Under the pieces are notes generated by a model. It had not been told where the DNA came from, ran no database searches, and was given only the letters and a program-made list of their open reading frames with translations. Positions 1-9,917 of a stretch of DNA of 64,000 bases are shown here, in pieces (within the stretch, counting starts at the first letter, position 1; each line of letters begins with the position of its first letter). Made by a program: the position numbers and the translations under genes. The stretch is from an uncultured Acidobacteriota bacterium (GTDB lineage Bacteria; Acidobacteriota; Terriglobia; Acidiferrales; UBA7541): assembly GCA_963736725.1 (NCBI GenBank), contig CAVTPW010000007.1, positions 83,387-147,386 of the forward strand. The letters are read 5' to 3'.

Positions 1-854
1 CGCTGACTTGGATGAGCGACGAAACCAAGCAAAAAGCGCTGGTAAAACTCTCGACGTTTAATCCCAAGGTCGGTTACCCGGACAAGTGGAAGGATTACAG
101 CAGCGTCGAGATTACCCGGAACCATTATTGGAATGACGTGGTCGAGTCGCGGAGGTTTGCCGTTCGCGACGACGCGGAACTGATTGGCAAGCCGGTGGAC
201 CGACTACGGTGGGGCATGACCACGCCGACTTCCAACGCTTATTACAATCCGCTGCTGAACGAAATCGTATTCCCGGCGGGAATTCTGCTACCGCCGATGT
301 TCGATGTCCATGCCACAGATGCGGCCAACTACGGCGGCATTGGGCCGGTGATCGGCCACGAAATCTCGCACGGGTTTGACGATCAAGGCGCGCAGTATGA
401 CGCCACCGGCGAACTGAAGAACTGGTGGACTCCCGCGGACTACAAGGACTTTCAGAACCGAGGACAATGTGTTGTCGACCAGTTTTCCGCGTACACCGTG
501 GATGGCGGCTTGCACGAAAATGGGAAGCTGGTACTCGGCGAGAGCATCGGTGATCTGGGCGGTGTAAAGCTGGCGTATCTCGCGTTCCAGAAGTCCATGC
601 AAGGCAAGCCGCGGCCGGCCGACCAGGATGGCTTCACACCGGAGCAACAGTTTTTTGTCGCGTGGGGGCAAGCGCGTGGAGACGCGATTCGTCCCGACGC
701 GCAACGCCAGTTTGTGCTCACCAATCCGCATCCGGTAAGCAAATATCGGGTTATAGGCCCTCTTGGCAACTTGCCTGAGTTCCAGAAGGCGTTCCGTTGC
801 AAAGCGGGTGATGCGATGGTGCGCCCGGCAGAACATCGATGCGTGATCTGGTAA
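1..854 (+). CDS. M13 family (neprilysin/PepO-like) zinc metallopeptidase, 5' part outside window
   Basis: NAYY motif, GHEISHGFDDQG (HExxH), GESIGDLGG, and NPHP...RV C-terminal motif. The frame is open back to the window edge (LTW-MSDETK). Confidence 0.93.
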   Translation, partial: LTWMSDETKQKALVKLSTFNPKVGYPDKWKDYSSVEITRNHYWNDVVESRRFAVRDDAELIGKPVDRLRWGMTTPTSNAYYNPLLNEIVFPAGILLPPMFDVHATDAANYGGIGPVIGHEISHGFDDQGAQYDATGELKNWWTPADYKDFQNRGQCVVDQFSAYTVDGGLHENGKLVLGESIGDLGGVKLAYLAFQKSMQGKPRPADQDGFTPEQQFFVAWGQARGDAIRPDAQRQFVLTNPHPVSKYRVIGPLGNLPEFQKAFRCKAGDAMVRPAEHRCVIW

Positions 855-1112
855 AGCCGGTCGGCGACCAGATTCATGGAACTCGCGTAATGCAGCGCCG
901 GTTTATCAACTCTCTTTCTCAGCGCATACGTCCCGGTCCTTGATGAATGAATTGGCCTCAGATTTTGTGCGGTTATTGTCGCGGATGAATTCACCGTGTT
1001 GGGGCTCTCTCAACGAAGGCAGCGCGCTCCGAGCGTTGGTGTGACGGTGCAAGCGCGCTTTCTTCTGTAGGCAGACGTTTGGACCTTCGGCGTATCGGCG
1101 AGGAGGCTGTCG

Positions 1113-3425
1113 GTGAAGATGAAAAGCAGGTTTGGTCGAATCGGAACATTCGCGCGAACAGTTTTGGTCCCCTTGGCCGCAGCCGTGAGCGCGCCTCTCG
1201 CGTTCGCGCAGACGCCGCCGGGTGTGCCTCCCGAGGACCAGGCCGTGCGCCAGCGAGTGGATGCACTGCTGAAAGAAATGACGCTGGACGAAAAAATCGG
1301 GCAGCTGAGCCAGCTTTTTGCGTTCGGCCCGGCGCAGCCGCTTGAAGACGCCGTGGCAAAGGGGCAGCTGGGGTCGCTGCTGTTTGTCACCGATCCGGCG
1401 GTGCTCAACCGCTACCAGCATCTTGCCGTCGAGAAGACTCGTTTGCATATTCCGCTGATCTTTGGGTTCGATGTCATCCATGGATTTCGCACGATCTTTC
1501 CTGTACCGATCGCCATGGCCGCTTCGTGGGACCCGGCGGTTGCCACCGAGGCGCAGAGCGTCGCGGCCCGAGAGGCGCGTTCGGTGGGCATCGCCTGGGC
1601 GTTTGCGCCAATGCTGGACATTGCTCGCGATCCGCGCTGGGGGCGCATCGTGGAAGGGGCGGGGGAAGATCCCTATCTTGGCTCCGCGATGGCGGCGGCG
1701 CAGGTGCGGGGATTTCAAGGCGACTACATCGGCTCGCCCGATCACGTTTTGGCGTGCATGAAACATTTTGCCGGGTACGGAGCGGCCGAAGGGGGCCGCG
1801 ACTACGACGCTTCGTATATTTCGGATAGCCAGCTCTACAACGTGTACCTGCCGCCGTTTCATGCGGCCGTGAAAGCCGGAGTGGGTTCTGTCATGAGTGC
1901 TTACATGGACTTGAACGATATGCCTGCCACGGGTAATTCCTGGCTGTTGCAGGACGTGCTTCGTCAAGACTGGAAGTTCACCGGGTTTGTGGTAAGCGAC
2001 GCGGACGCCGTGAAGAGCCTGGAAAAACATGGTTATGCCAAAGACCTCTTGGAAGCTGCGCTGGATGCCTTCAAGGCCGGAGTGAACATGGAGATGGCGC
2101 TTGATTTCACCGCTTATTCGAAAGGTCTCCCGGCCGCCGTGCAAAACGGGCAGATCACGGTGGACCAGATCGAAGCGGCGGTTCGTCCTATTCTTGAAAT
2201 GAAGGTTCGGCTTGGACTGTTTGAGAATCCGTACGTGGACGAGGCGCGTGCGCAGCAGGTGCTTGCTGCACCGGAGCATCGCACTGCGGCGCGCCTTGCG
2301 GCCGAACGGTCGGCGGTGCTGCTGCGCGACCAAGGGAAGCTGCTGCCGCTCCGCCAGAACGCGTATAAGAGCGTCGCGGTGGTTGGTCCGCTGGCGGATT
2401 CGCAAGTGGACACCCTGGGATCGTGGGCGTTTCAGGAGGACTTGAACGAGACGGTCACAGTGCTCAGCGGCTTGCGTGACAAATTCGGAGCTGGGGCACG
2501 CGTCAGCTATGCACAGGGAGTGCAGCTGCGCCGCAGGTTCCCGTCCTTTTTCGATGAGATTTTTCACCTCAAGCCGGAGCCGGTTTGGTCCCCGGATCAA
2601 GCCAGGAACGAAATGTCCAGGGCGGTCAACCTTGCCAAGTCGTCCGATCTCACCATCCTCGTGCTGGGGGAGGCGCAGAACATGAGCGGCGAAGCGGCGT
2701 CTCGCGAATCGTTCGCGCTGCCTGGAGAGCAAGAGCAACTGCTCGAAGCGGTGTCGGCGACCGGCAAACCTGTCGTGCTGGTGTTGCTGAACGGGCGTCC
2801 GCTGGACATCAAGTGGGCTGCCCAGCATGTTCCCGCAATCCTGGAAGCGTGGTATCCCGGAACGCAAGGGGGCCACGCGGTTGCGAATCTCCTGTGGGGC
2901 GATGCCGTGCCCGGCGGCAAGCTGCCTGTCACGTGGCCGCGAGATGTGGGACAGGTGCCGATCTACTACGCGCACAACGCCACGCAGTCGCCGGAAAACC
3001 AGGGCAAGCGCTACTGGGACGAAGAGAGTACGCCGCTTTTTCCGTTTGGTTACGGACTCAGTTATTCCAGCTTCATTTTCTCGGACCTGAAGCTCAGCCG
3101 GACGCAGATCAAGCCGGGCGAGACGGTCGAGGTCCGCTTCGATGTAGAAAACACGGGGGCCGCTGCCGCCGACCAAGTCGCCCAACTCTACATTCATCAG
3201 CGATCCGGGAGCGTGTCACGTCCGGTCCGGGAGCTGAAAGGATTTGAGCGCGTCACCTTGCCGGCGCATGGGAAGAAAACCGTGCGTATGTCGCTTGGGA
3301 CCCAGGAGCTGAGCTATTGGAGTTCGGCGAAGAAAGACTGGGTGGAAGAACCCGCGGCCTTCGATGTGTGGGTCGGCGGAGATTCCGAGGCTTCGCTGCA
3401 CACTGGCTTCGAGATCACGAAGTAA
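1113..3425 (+). CDS. bglX: GH3 beta-glucosidase (periplasmic BglX-like) with Fn3-like C-terminus
   Basis: Signal peptide; RDPRWGR, KHFAG, GFVVSD (nucleophile Asp), LGEAQNMSGEAASR, PLFPFGYGLSY and ELKGF motifs. Confidence 0.93.
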   Translation: MKMKSRFGRIGTFARTVLVPLAAAVSAPLAFAQTPPGVPPEDQAVRQRVDALLKEMTLDEKIGQLSQLFAFGPAQPLEDAVAKGQLGSLLFVTDPAVLNRYQHLAVEKTRLHIPLIFGFDVIHGFRTIFPVPIAMAASWDPAVATEAQSVAAREARSVGIAWAFAPMLDIARDPRWGRIVEGAGEDPYLGSAMAAAQVRGFQGDYIGSPDHVLACMKHFAGYGAAEGGRDYDASYISDSQLYNVYLPPFHAAVKAGVGSVMSAYMDLNDMPATGNSWLLQDVLRQDWKFTGFVVSDADAVKSLEKHGYAKDLLEAALDAFKAGVNMEMALDFTAYSKGLPAAVQNGQITVDQIEAAVRPILEMKVRLGLFENPYVDEARAQQVLAAPEHRTAARLAAERSAVLLRDQGKLLPLRQNAYKSVAVVGPLADSQVDTLGSWAFQEDLNETVTVLSGLRDKFGAGARVSYAQGVQLRRRFPSFFDEIFHLKPEPVWSPDQARNEMSRAVNLAKSSDLTILVLGEAQNMSGEAASRESFALPGEQEQLLEAVSATGKPVVLVLLNGRPLDIKWAAQHVPAILEAWYPGTQGGHAVANLLWGDAVPGGKLPVTWPRDVGQVPIYYAHNATQSPENQGKRYWDEESTPLFPFGYGLSYSSFIFSDLKLSRTQIKPGETVEVRFDVENTGAAAADQVAQLYIHQRSGSVSRPVRELKGFERVTLPAHGKKTVRMSLGTQELSYWSSAKKDWVEEPAAFDVWVGGDSEASLHTGFEITK

Positions 3426-3469
3426 ATTTGTCAGTGACGAGGGAACGGAAACAGCGCCGGGGAAGTTCG

Positions 3470-4339
3470 TCAAGGATGCGGAGCGGCTTGCGTAGGAAGC
3501 AAGCGAATCGAGACGACGAAGCTGCCGCGCTGTTTCCCGGTCAGTTGAAACTGTGCGGTGTTATCCGCGCCGCCGCTGCTGGACGTGCGTGCGGAACTTC
3601 CGCCGGCGAGTTCGGCAATATCCGGGGCCAGATTGTGGGCTTCAAGACCAATCTTGGCGGTCGTGCCGTGGATGCGGACAATGAGCGTGCGGTGGTCGCC
3701 GGTTACGAGCGGCGAAGAATTAGCTTCCAGCGTCAACTCCACAAAGCGGATCGAAAAACGCTCGGAATCCTGCTTGCCGCAGGTGACCACGACCGAAGCG
3801 TTGCCGGAGTCGAGTTCGGAGGGCGGAAGAACGACCAGCGAGGTTGGCGAGGATGCGAGGACCAGGGCGGGCAGGCCGGCAATGGTGACTTTGTTGGCGT
3901 CGGCATCGCCGCAGAACGAGCGGCCGGAGAGTTCGAAGCGATCGCTCAGGGATGCGACACGAGGCGCGGCGGAAATTTCGATGGAAGGCGAGGCGGCTTC
4001 GGTGGGGCTGAGGATGGTGGTATAGACGCGCCCGGGATGGCTGGCGAGAACCGCGGAGATCACGCCGGGATTCAACGGAGCTACAAACAGAGCGCGCCCG
4101 GTCGCGTCGGTCGTGACGCGATCGCCGTTGGAGAAATCCACGCGCACGCCAGGAGTCAGGCGGCCGTTCACGTCGAGCACCGCGAGGGTGGAGTGTTCGC
4201 CGGAGACGATTTTGCGGGGGAGCAACAGAATTCGGGCGGCGGAGGCAGGCGGCGGTTGCTGCGCGGGAGCGGACCGGCTCAGGGTCAGCGTGACCACGCA
4301 AAGAAAGGCGAGCACAGCGGGAATGCGGCGCCGGGGCAT
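3470..4339 (-). CDS. Secreted hypothetical protein with beta-sandwich (Ig/IPT-like) segments
   Basis: ATG at 4339 gives MPRRRIPAVLAFLCVVTLTLS (signal peptide). Beta-rich body includes TTDATGRALF and NKVTIAGLPALVLASSPTSLVVLPP. Confidence 0.7.
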   Translation of the reverse strand: MPRRRIPAVLAFLCVVTLTLSRSAPAQQPPPASAARILLLPRKIVSGEHSTLAVLDVNGRLTPGVRVDFSNGDRVTTDATGRALFVAPLNPGVISAVLASHPGRVYTTILSPTEAASPSIEISAAPRVASLSDRFELSGRSFCGDADANKVTIAGLPALVLASSPTSLVVLPPSELDSGNASVVVTCGKQDSERFSIRFVELTLEANSSPLVTGDHRTLIVRIHGTTAKIGLEAHNLAPDIAELAGGSSARTSSSGGADNTAQFQLTGKQRGSFVVSIRLLPTQAAPHP

Positions 4340-4406
4340 GTTTGGATTGTAGCGAAAAACGGAACGTATTACGTCAGGGGCTATTTCCCATCGGTTCGGG
4401 CGAACC

Positions 4407-4432
4407 GGGGCGCAGGAACCCTGCGCCCCTAC
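4407..4432 (-). repeat. GTAG-tagged REP-like palindrome
   Basis: Minus strand reads GTAGGGGCGCAGG-GTT-CCTGCGCCCC: perfect 10-bp stem with a 5' GTAG tag. Confidence 0.75.
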
Positions 4433-4613
4433 TAGGTAAGACACCAATGCCGTGCGCGAGGTCGCAGGACATCGGTGTAGCGAAACGGTGAGTAATTAGT
4501 AGGGTTCAACGCCTACCGCAGGGTTGCCGGGTCTGCTAGCGTGAGAGCAGGTTGCCAGGCATGGGTGTGGGCAGGGTGTGGCGTGGGCCCACCAGAAAGC
4601 CGGAGGAGCCTCA

Positions 4614-5453
4614 GTGGAAATTGTAAGCGGCGGCGTGACGAACGTGGGACGCGTCCGCACCAACAATGAGGATTGCTTCCGGATCGTGGAGCCGCTGAAT
4701 CTGTACGTCCTGTCCGACGGCATGGGCGGCGAGGCCCACGGGGAGATCGCCAGCGCGCTGGCGGTGGAGACGGTAGTAAAGCATTGCCAGGAGACCGAGA
4801 TCGATCCGGCGATGACCGTTTTCGGCGACATGCCAGCGACTTGGAGCGAGAAAACCAAACGGCTGTCGAGCGCGGTACACCTGGCGAACAAGAGTATTTA
4901 CGACTCGGCACAAGCCAATCCCGGGCAACACGGGATGGGGGCAACGGTTACGGCGGCGTGGATTGACGGGACCAGGCTCAGCATCGCGCATGTAGGCGAC
5001 AGCCGCGCGTACCTTCTGCGCAGCGGCACTCTGCAGCAGCTTACCAGCGACCACTCCCTGGTGGCCGAGCAGGTGCGCCGCGGCATCCTGACGCCGGCCG
5101 AAGCCGAGCGCAGCGAAATGCAAAGCGTGTTGTTGCGGGCGCTGGGGGCGCACCTAGAGATTGAAGTGGATTCCGAGGAGCACTCGCTGTTTGGCAATGA
5201 TGTGTTGCTGCTGTGCTCGGATGGATTGACGCGCATGGTCACCGAGCCGGAGATCGCGGGTACGCTGCAGGCCGAACCCGATCCGATCAGAGCCTCGGAA
5301 AGACTCGTGGAGCTGGCAAACGAACAAGGCGGCGCGGACAACGTAACGGCGGTGGTCGTGCGGATCGGCGGCGAAGCAAAGGGATGGTTCTCTTGGCTGC
5401 TCCGCGGGTCCCGGAACAAGGCGCAGAAGAACGGCTCGGCAGGAGGAAAGTAA
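4614..5453 (+). CDS. PP2C/PPM-family Ser/Thr protein phosphatase (Stp1/PrpC-like)
   Basis: GRVRTNNED, LSDGMGG, AHVGDSRAY, LCSDGL and GGADNVT motifs. GTG at 4614 follows GGAGG at 4602-4606, so it is preferred over the ORF-track start at 4578. Confidence 0.92.
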   Translation: MEIVSGGVTNVGRVRTNNEDCFRIVEPLNLYVLSDGMGGEAHGEIASALAVETVVKHCQETEIDPAMTVFGDMPATWSEKTKRLSSAVHLANKSIYDSAQANPGQHGMGATVTAAWIDGTRLSIAHVGDSRAYLLRSGTLQQLTSDHSLVAEQVRRGILTPAEAERSEMQSVLLRALGAHLEIEVDSEEHSLFGNDVLLLCSDGLTRMVTEPEIAGTLQAEPDPIRASERLVELANEQGGADNVTAVVVRIGGEAKGWFSWLLRGSRNKAQKNGSAGGK

Positions 5454-5454
5454 A

Positions 5455-6183
5455 ATGGCGAAGCTCACGCTGATGTTTGAGAACAAGCTGGTGAAGGAAG
5501 TGCCCATCGGCAGCCGCCCACTGGGCATTGGGCGCTCGCCGGACAACGATCTGCCGGTCGACAACCTGGCGGTATCGAACTATCACGCGCGCGTGTATGT
5601 GGAGGCTGGGCGCCTGGTCGTGGAAGACCTGGACAGCCTGAACGGGACCTTTGTGAACGACCTGCGCGTCGAGCGCGCCACGTTGCACGACGGCGATTCG
5701 ATCTGGGTGGGAAAGCACCACATCAAGGTGGACGCCTCGGGCGACACGACCGCGCTTGGAGACACCGGGAAAAAGGGGGCCGTTGCGCCGCGCATCAATG
5801 AAACGATGGTGCTGGACACGAAAGCCCGGCGGGACATGCTGCAACAAGCGGCGGCGATGGGTGAGCGGACGCAGTTTGCGGCGAGCCGGCTGAAAGTGCC
5901 GACTTTGGTAATCCTGAGCGGGAAGACGGACCAGAAGGAATATATGCTGACCAACAAGCTCACCGTGATCGGCAAATCCAAGATGGCAACGGTGAAATTG
6001 CGGGGCTGGTTCAAGCCGCAGCTGGCGGCGCAGGTGAATCAACGCGACGACGGCTATTACGTCGGGCCGGGCGACAAGGTGCCGGTGGTGAATGGCGCGC
6101 CCATCTCCGGGCCGGTGCGTTTGAACGATGGAGACATGATCGAAGTGTGCGGCTTGCGCATGAACTTTATTTTCCGGGACTAG
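5455..6183 (+). CDS. Protein with two FHA domains (first canonical, second degenerate)
   Basis: IGRSPDN...VSNYHA...DLDSLNGTFVN is a canonical FHA. IGKSK...PVVNGAPISGPVRLNDGDMIEVCG is FHA-like. Starts 1 nt after the phosphatase stop. Confidence 0.88.
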   Translation: MAKLTLMFENKLVKEVPIGSRPLGIGRSPDNDLPVDNLAVSNYHARVYVEAGRLVVEDLDSLNGTFVNDLRVERATLHDGDSIWVGKHHIKVDASGDTTALGDTGKKGAVAPRINETMVLDTKARRDMLQQAAAMGERTQFAASRLKVPTLVILSGKTDQKEYMLTNKLTVIGKSKMATVKLRGWFKPQLAAQVNQRDDGYYVGPGDKVPVVNGAPISGPVRLNDGDMIEVCGLRMNFIFRD

Positions 6184-6477
6184 CCAAGTTGGGTTCGGCC
6201 AGCCGCGGGAGGCCGCACCGGTTGCCATTCGGCGATACATCTCTTTTGTACTTGAATCAGCAAGGTCTCTCTCCCTTCGCAGATAAGGGCGTTATTCGGC
6301 TGTTTGGACCGTGCCGATGGCCGGGCTGCCAAAATAGCCACACGCCCGCCCACCATGTAACAAGCGTCGAAATGTGGGCATCCAATTTGGCGAGCAAGAC
6401 CCAACGCCCATGGCAGCGTTTCCTCCGCAAAGACCTGGTAGCATGAGGGTTGCCAGAACCTACGGGTGGCATCCCAT

Positions 6478-6492
6478 TGGCAGCGCGATTGC
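6478..6492 (+). promoter_or_regulatory. Candidate sigma54 -24/-12 promoter for the RND operon
   Basis: TGGCAGCGCGATTGC has GG-N10-GC spacing and is close to TGGCAC-N5-TTGC. It lies ~195 nt upstream of ATG 6686. Confidence 0.45.
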
Positions 6493-6685
6493 CAAAGGGC
6501 ACAAGGGGATACCCTGGCTCGGGAACGCGGCGCCGTCGAAATCAGAAGTTCGCACATCAAAAAGGGCAGCGTACCCAAAGAAATGAGCCGGCGAATCTAA
6601 CCAAACAGGTATCCGGTCAAATTGACGGGGATCGTACCTTTGGGTGGCGCCTGCAAGTCGTGTCACTGGAACTGATAAGACATCC

Positions 6686-9600
6686 ATGTGGATAGTCCGA
6701 TTAGCGCTCGCTAGACCGTACACGTTTATCGTGATGGCGATGGTCATTGTTCTGCTGACCCCGGTGGTGCTGCTGCGCACCCCAACCGACATTTTTCCGG
6801 ACATCAACATTCCGGTTATCAGCCTGGTTTGGAGATATCAGGGACTCGAGCCGCAAGAGATGGAGCAGCGCATCACTTCCAACTCCGAACGCGCGGTGAC
6901 CACGTTGGTCAACGACGTCGAGCACATTGAATCGCAGTCGCTGAACGGCACGTCGATCGTGAAGATTTTCTTCCAGCCGACGGCGAACATCCAGACGGCG
7001 CTGGCGCAAACGACGGCAATCGTGCAAACGATTCTGTTCACCCTGCCGCCGGGAACGACTCCGCCGCTGGTGGCGATCTTTTCCGCGTCCACCGTGCCGG
7101 TCATCCAGATCGGGCTGACCAGCGACACCCTCAGTGAACAGGCGATTTTCGACTATGGAAACAATTTCATCCGCACTCAACTCGCAACCGTGCAAGGCGC
7201 GGCGCTTCCCTTTCCGTACGGCGGGAAACAACGGCTGGTCTCGGTCGATATCGATTCCCAAGCGCTGCAATCCAAGGGTCTTTCGCCAGTGGATATCGTC
7301 AACGCCGTCAATTCCCAGAACCTGATTTTGCCCACCGGCACGGCAAAGCTGGGGACGCTGGAGTACACGGTCGAGATGAACGGCAGCCCGCAAACCATCG
7401 CCGGACTCAACGATCTGCCTATCAAGACTGTAAACGGTGCGACCATCTACATGCGCGAGGTCGCCCACGTTCGAGACGGCTTCTCTCCCCAAACAAACAC
7501 CGTTCTCGTGAACGGGCAGCGCGGCGTGTTGATGTCCACGTACAAGACCGGAAGCGCCTCGACGCTGGACATCGTAACGCGCGTCAAGCAAACGCTGCAG
7601 GACTACTCCGGATCGTTGCCGCCAGGCTTACATATCACCATGTTCTTCGATCAATCCCTGTATGTGCGGGCCTCCATTCAGGGCGTGATCCGCGAAGCTT
7701 TGATCGCGGCGTGCCTCACGGCGATCATGATCTTGCTCTTCCTCGGAAACTGGAAGAGCACGCTGATTATCGCTACGTCGATTCCCCTTTCCATCCTGGT
7801 CAGCATTCTGTTGCTGAGCGCGCTGCACGAGACCATCAACATCATGACGCTCGGCGGTCTGGCGCTAGCCGTCGGCATCCTGGTGGACGACGCTACGGTC
7901 GAGATTGAAAACATCAATCGCAACTTGGCCATGGGCAAGGAAACCGTTCAAGCGATTCTGGATGGCGCGCAACAAATCGCCGTTCCTGCCCTGGTCTCCA
8001 CGCTGTGCATCTGCATCGTGTTCCTGCCGATGTTTTTCTTGTCAGGTGTCGCCCGGTATCTGTTCGTGCCGCTCGCCGAAGCGGTGTCGTTCGCGATGCT
8101 GGCTTCGTACATGTGGTCGCGGACGATCGTGCCGACCATGGCGATGTATCTTTTGAGCTCGGAGGACGAATACATTCCCGAGGAGCATCGGGGCGAGAAA
8201 CAGGGATTTTTCCGCCGCTATCAGCAGATGTTCGAGCGCAACTTCGAGAGATTCCGGGAGGGCTACCGGCACGCGCTGGGCTTCGCGCTCGAAAAGTCCA
8301 TTGTGTTTTCCGCTTGTTTTCTGACGTTCTGCGTCTTGTCGGGTGGCCTGATTTTCGTGTTGGGCAGGGACTTTTTTCCTAAAGTGGACGCGGGTCAGAT
8401 CCGCCTCCATTTTCGGGCGCGCACTGGCCTAAGAATCGAAGAAACGGCTCGCCTCGCCGACCAGATCGACGGCGTGATCCGGCAAACCATTCCTGCCGCC
8501 GAGCTGGATACGATCTTAGACAATCTCGGTGTACCCTACAGCGGAATCAACCTGAGTTACAGCAATTCCGGCACCTATGGAACCGCGGACGGCGAAATCC
8601 TCGTTCAGCTCAACGAAAAGCGTGGGCGCCCGACCGCCGAGTACATCAACGAATTCCGCGAGAAGCTCCCGCAAGAGTTTCCCGGCGTCCAGTTTTTCTT
8701 TCAGCCGGCCGATATCGTCACGCAGATTCTGAACTTTGGCTCGCCGGCGCCGATTGACGTGGCGTTGATGGGAAGCAATCAGGTCGGGAATTTCGCGGTA
8801 GCCCAGAAGCTGGCAGGGCGGATGCGGCATATTCCCGGAGCAGTGGACGTGCACGTCCAGCAAGCGTTTGACGAGCCGACGCTGCGCATGGACATGGACC
8901 GGACGCGCCTGCAGTCGGTGGGCCTGCAGGCGAGGGACGTTGCCTCGAACCTACTTGTCTCGCTCAGTTCGAGCTTCCAGACCGCGCCGGCTTTCTGGCT
9001 CGATCCCAAGAACGGGGTGAGCTACAACGTAGCAGTGCAAACGCCGCAATACCGCGTGGACAGCTGGCAGGCGTTGCAGAATACGCCGGTTAACGGGACC
9101 GTCGCGGGGAGCGCTTCACAGATTGTCGGCAATCTGACGACCACCACCACGACGACGCGTCCGGCGGTGGTTTCCCATTACAACGTGCAGCCGATGATCA
9201 ACGTGTATGCCGCGGTCAATGGCCGCGACCTCGGTGGGGTTTCCGACGACGTTGCGAAGCTGGTGAAAGACGTTGAACCGAAGTTGCCAAGGGGTAGCCA
9301 CATCGTAATCCGCGGTCAGGTACAAACGATGAAGAGTTCGTTTCAAGGGTTGGCGTTCGGACTGGTTGGGGCGATCGTGCTGGTGTATTTGCTGATCGTC
9401 GTGAATTTTCAGTCCTGGCTGGATCCCTTCATCATCATCACGGCGCTGCCCGGAGCTTTGGCGGGAATTTGCTGGATGTTGCTGATGACCCGTACGACGC
9501 TTAGCGTCCCCTCGTTGACGGGCGCGATCATGAGCGTAGGCGTGGCGACGTCGAACAGCATTCTGATGGTGTCGTTCGCGCGCGAGCAATTGAACGAAGG

Positions 9601-9883
9601 AAAGAGCGCTCGGGACGCGGCCCTGGAGGCCGGCTTCGTGCGCATGCGTCCCGTGGTCATGACGGCGCTGGCCATGATCATCGGCATGGTGCCGATGGCC
9701 ATCGGATTGGGCGAAGGCGGCGAGCAGAACGCGCCGCTCGGGCGCGCGGTAATCGGCGGGCTATTGTTTGCCACGTTCGCGACTCTTTTCTTCGTGCCTT
9801 GCGTTTTCTCGATCATTCACGGACGGCGGGAACGCAAGCACTCCCACGGCGGGGGCTCGGGGATATCGCCGGCCACCGCTTGA
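6686..9883 (+). CDS. RND efflux permease (AcrB/CzcA superfamily)
   Basis: ~1065 aa with RND topology. Motifs: TLGGLALAVGILVDDA, AGFVRMRPVVMTALAMIIGMVPMA, APLGRAVIGGL. ATG at 6686 (MWIVRLAL). Confidence 0.95.
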   Translation: MWIVRLALARPYTFIVMAMVIVLLTPVVLLRTPTDIFPDINIPVISLVWRYQGLEPQEMEQRITSNSERAVTTLVNDVEHIESQSLNGTSIVKIFFQPTANIQTALAQTTAIVQTILFTLPPGTTPPLVAIFSASTVPVIQIGLTSDTLSEQAIFDYGNNFIRTQLATVQGAALPFPYGGKQRLVSVDIDSQALQSKGLSPVDIVNAVNSQNLILPTGTAKLGTLEYTVEMNGSPQTIAGLNDLPIKTVNGATIYMREVAHVRDGFSPQTNTVLVNGQRGVLMSTYKTGSASTLDIVTRVKQTLQDYSGSLPPGLHITMFFDQSLYVRASIQGVIREALIAACLTAIMILLFLGNWKSTLIIATSIPLSILVSILLLSALHETINIMTLGGLALAVGILVDDATVEIENINRNLAMGKETVQAILDGAQQIAVPALVSTLCICIVFLPMFFLSGVARYLFVPLAEAVSFAMLASYMWSRTIVPTMAMYLLSSEDEYIPEEHRGEKQGFFRRYQQMFERNFERFREGYRHALGFALEKSIVFSACFLTFCVLSGGLIFVLGRDFFPKVDAGQIRLHFRARTGLRIEETARLADQIDGVIRQTIPAAELDTILDNLGVPYSGINLSYSNSGTYGTADGEILVQLNEKRGRPTAEYINEFREKLPQEFPGVQFFFQPADIVTQILNFGSPAPIDVALMGSNQVGNFAVAQKLAGRMRHIPGAVDVHVQQAFDEPTLRMDMDRTRLQSVGLQARDVASNLLVSLSSSFQTAPAFWLDPKNGVSYNVAVQTPQYRVDSWQALQNTPVNGTVAGSASQIVGNLTTTTTTTRPAVVSHYNVQPMINVYAAVNGRDLGGVSDDVAKLVKDVEPKLPRGSHIVIRGQVQTMKSSFQGLAFGLVGAIVLVYLLIVVNFQSWLDPFIIITALPGALAGICWMLLMTRTTLSVPSLTGAIMSVGVATSNSILMVSFAREQLNEGKSARDAALEAGFVRMRPVVMTALAMIIGMVPMAIGLGEGGEQNAPLGRAVIGGLLFATFATLFFVPCVFSIIHGRRERKHSHGGGSGISPATA

Positions 9884-9917
9884 ATGCGAAAAGATTTATA
9901 GTAGTGCGGAGCAACGA

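Noticed and set aside
906-3197. 763-aa antisense ORF over bglX, and similar long shadow ORFs (28002-29384, 33395-34360, 46996-48543, 54986-55993)
   Set aside because: They mirror well-supported genes on the opposite strand, are Arg/His-rich without motifs, and are expected in high-GC coding DNA.
4490-4560. tRNA-like GGTTCAA motif
   Set aside because: No cloverleaf, D-loop or acceptor stem can be formed.
6360-6445. KRRNVGIQFGEQDP...AFPP segment resembling the end of a PilZ domain
   Set aside because: Short match, needs frame changes, and no RxxxR or D/NxSxxG motif upstream; not supportable without a profile search.
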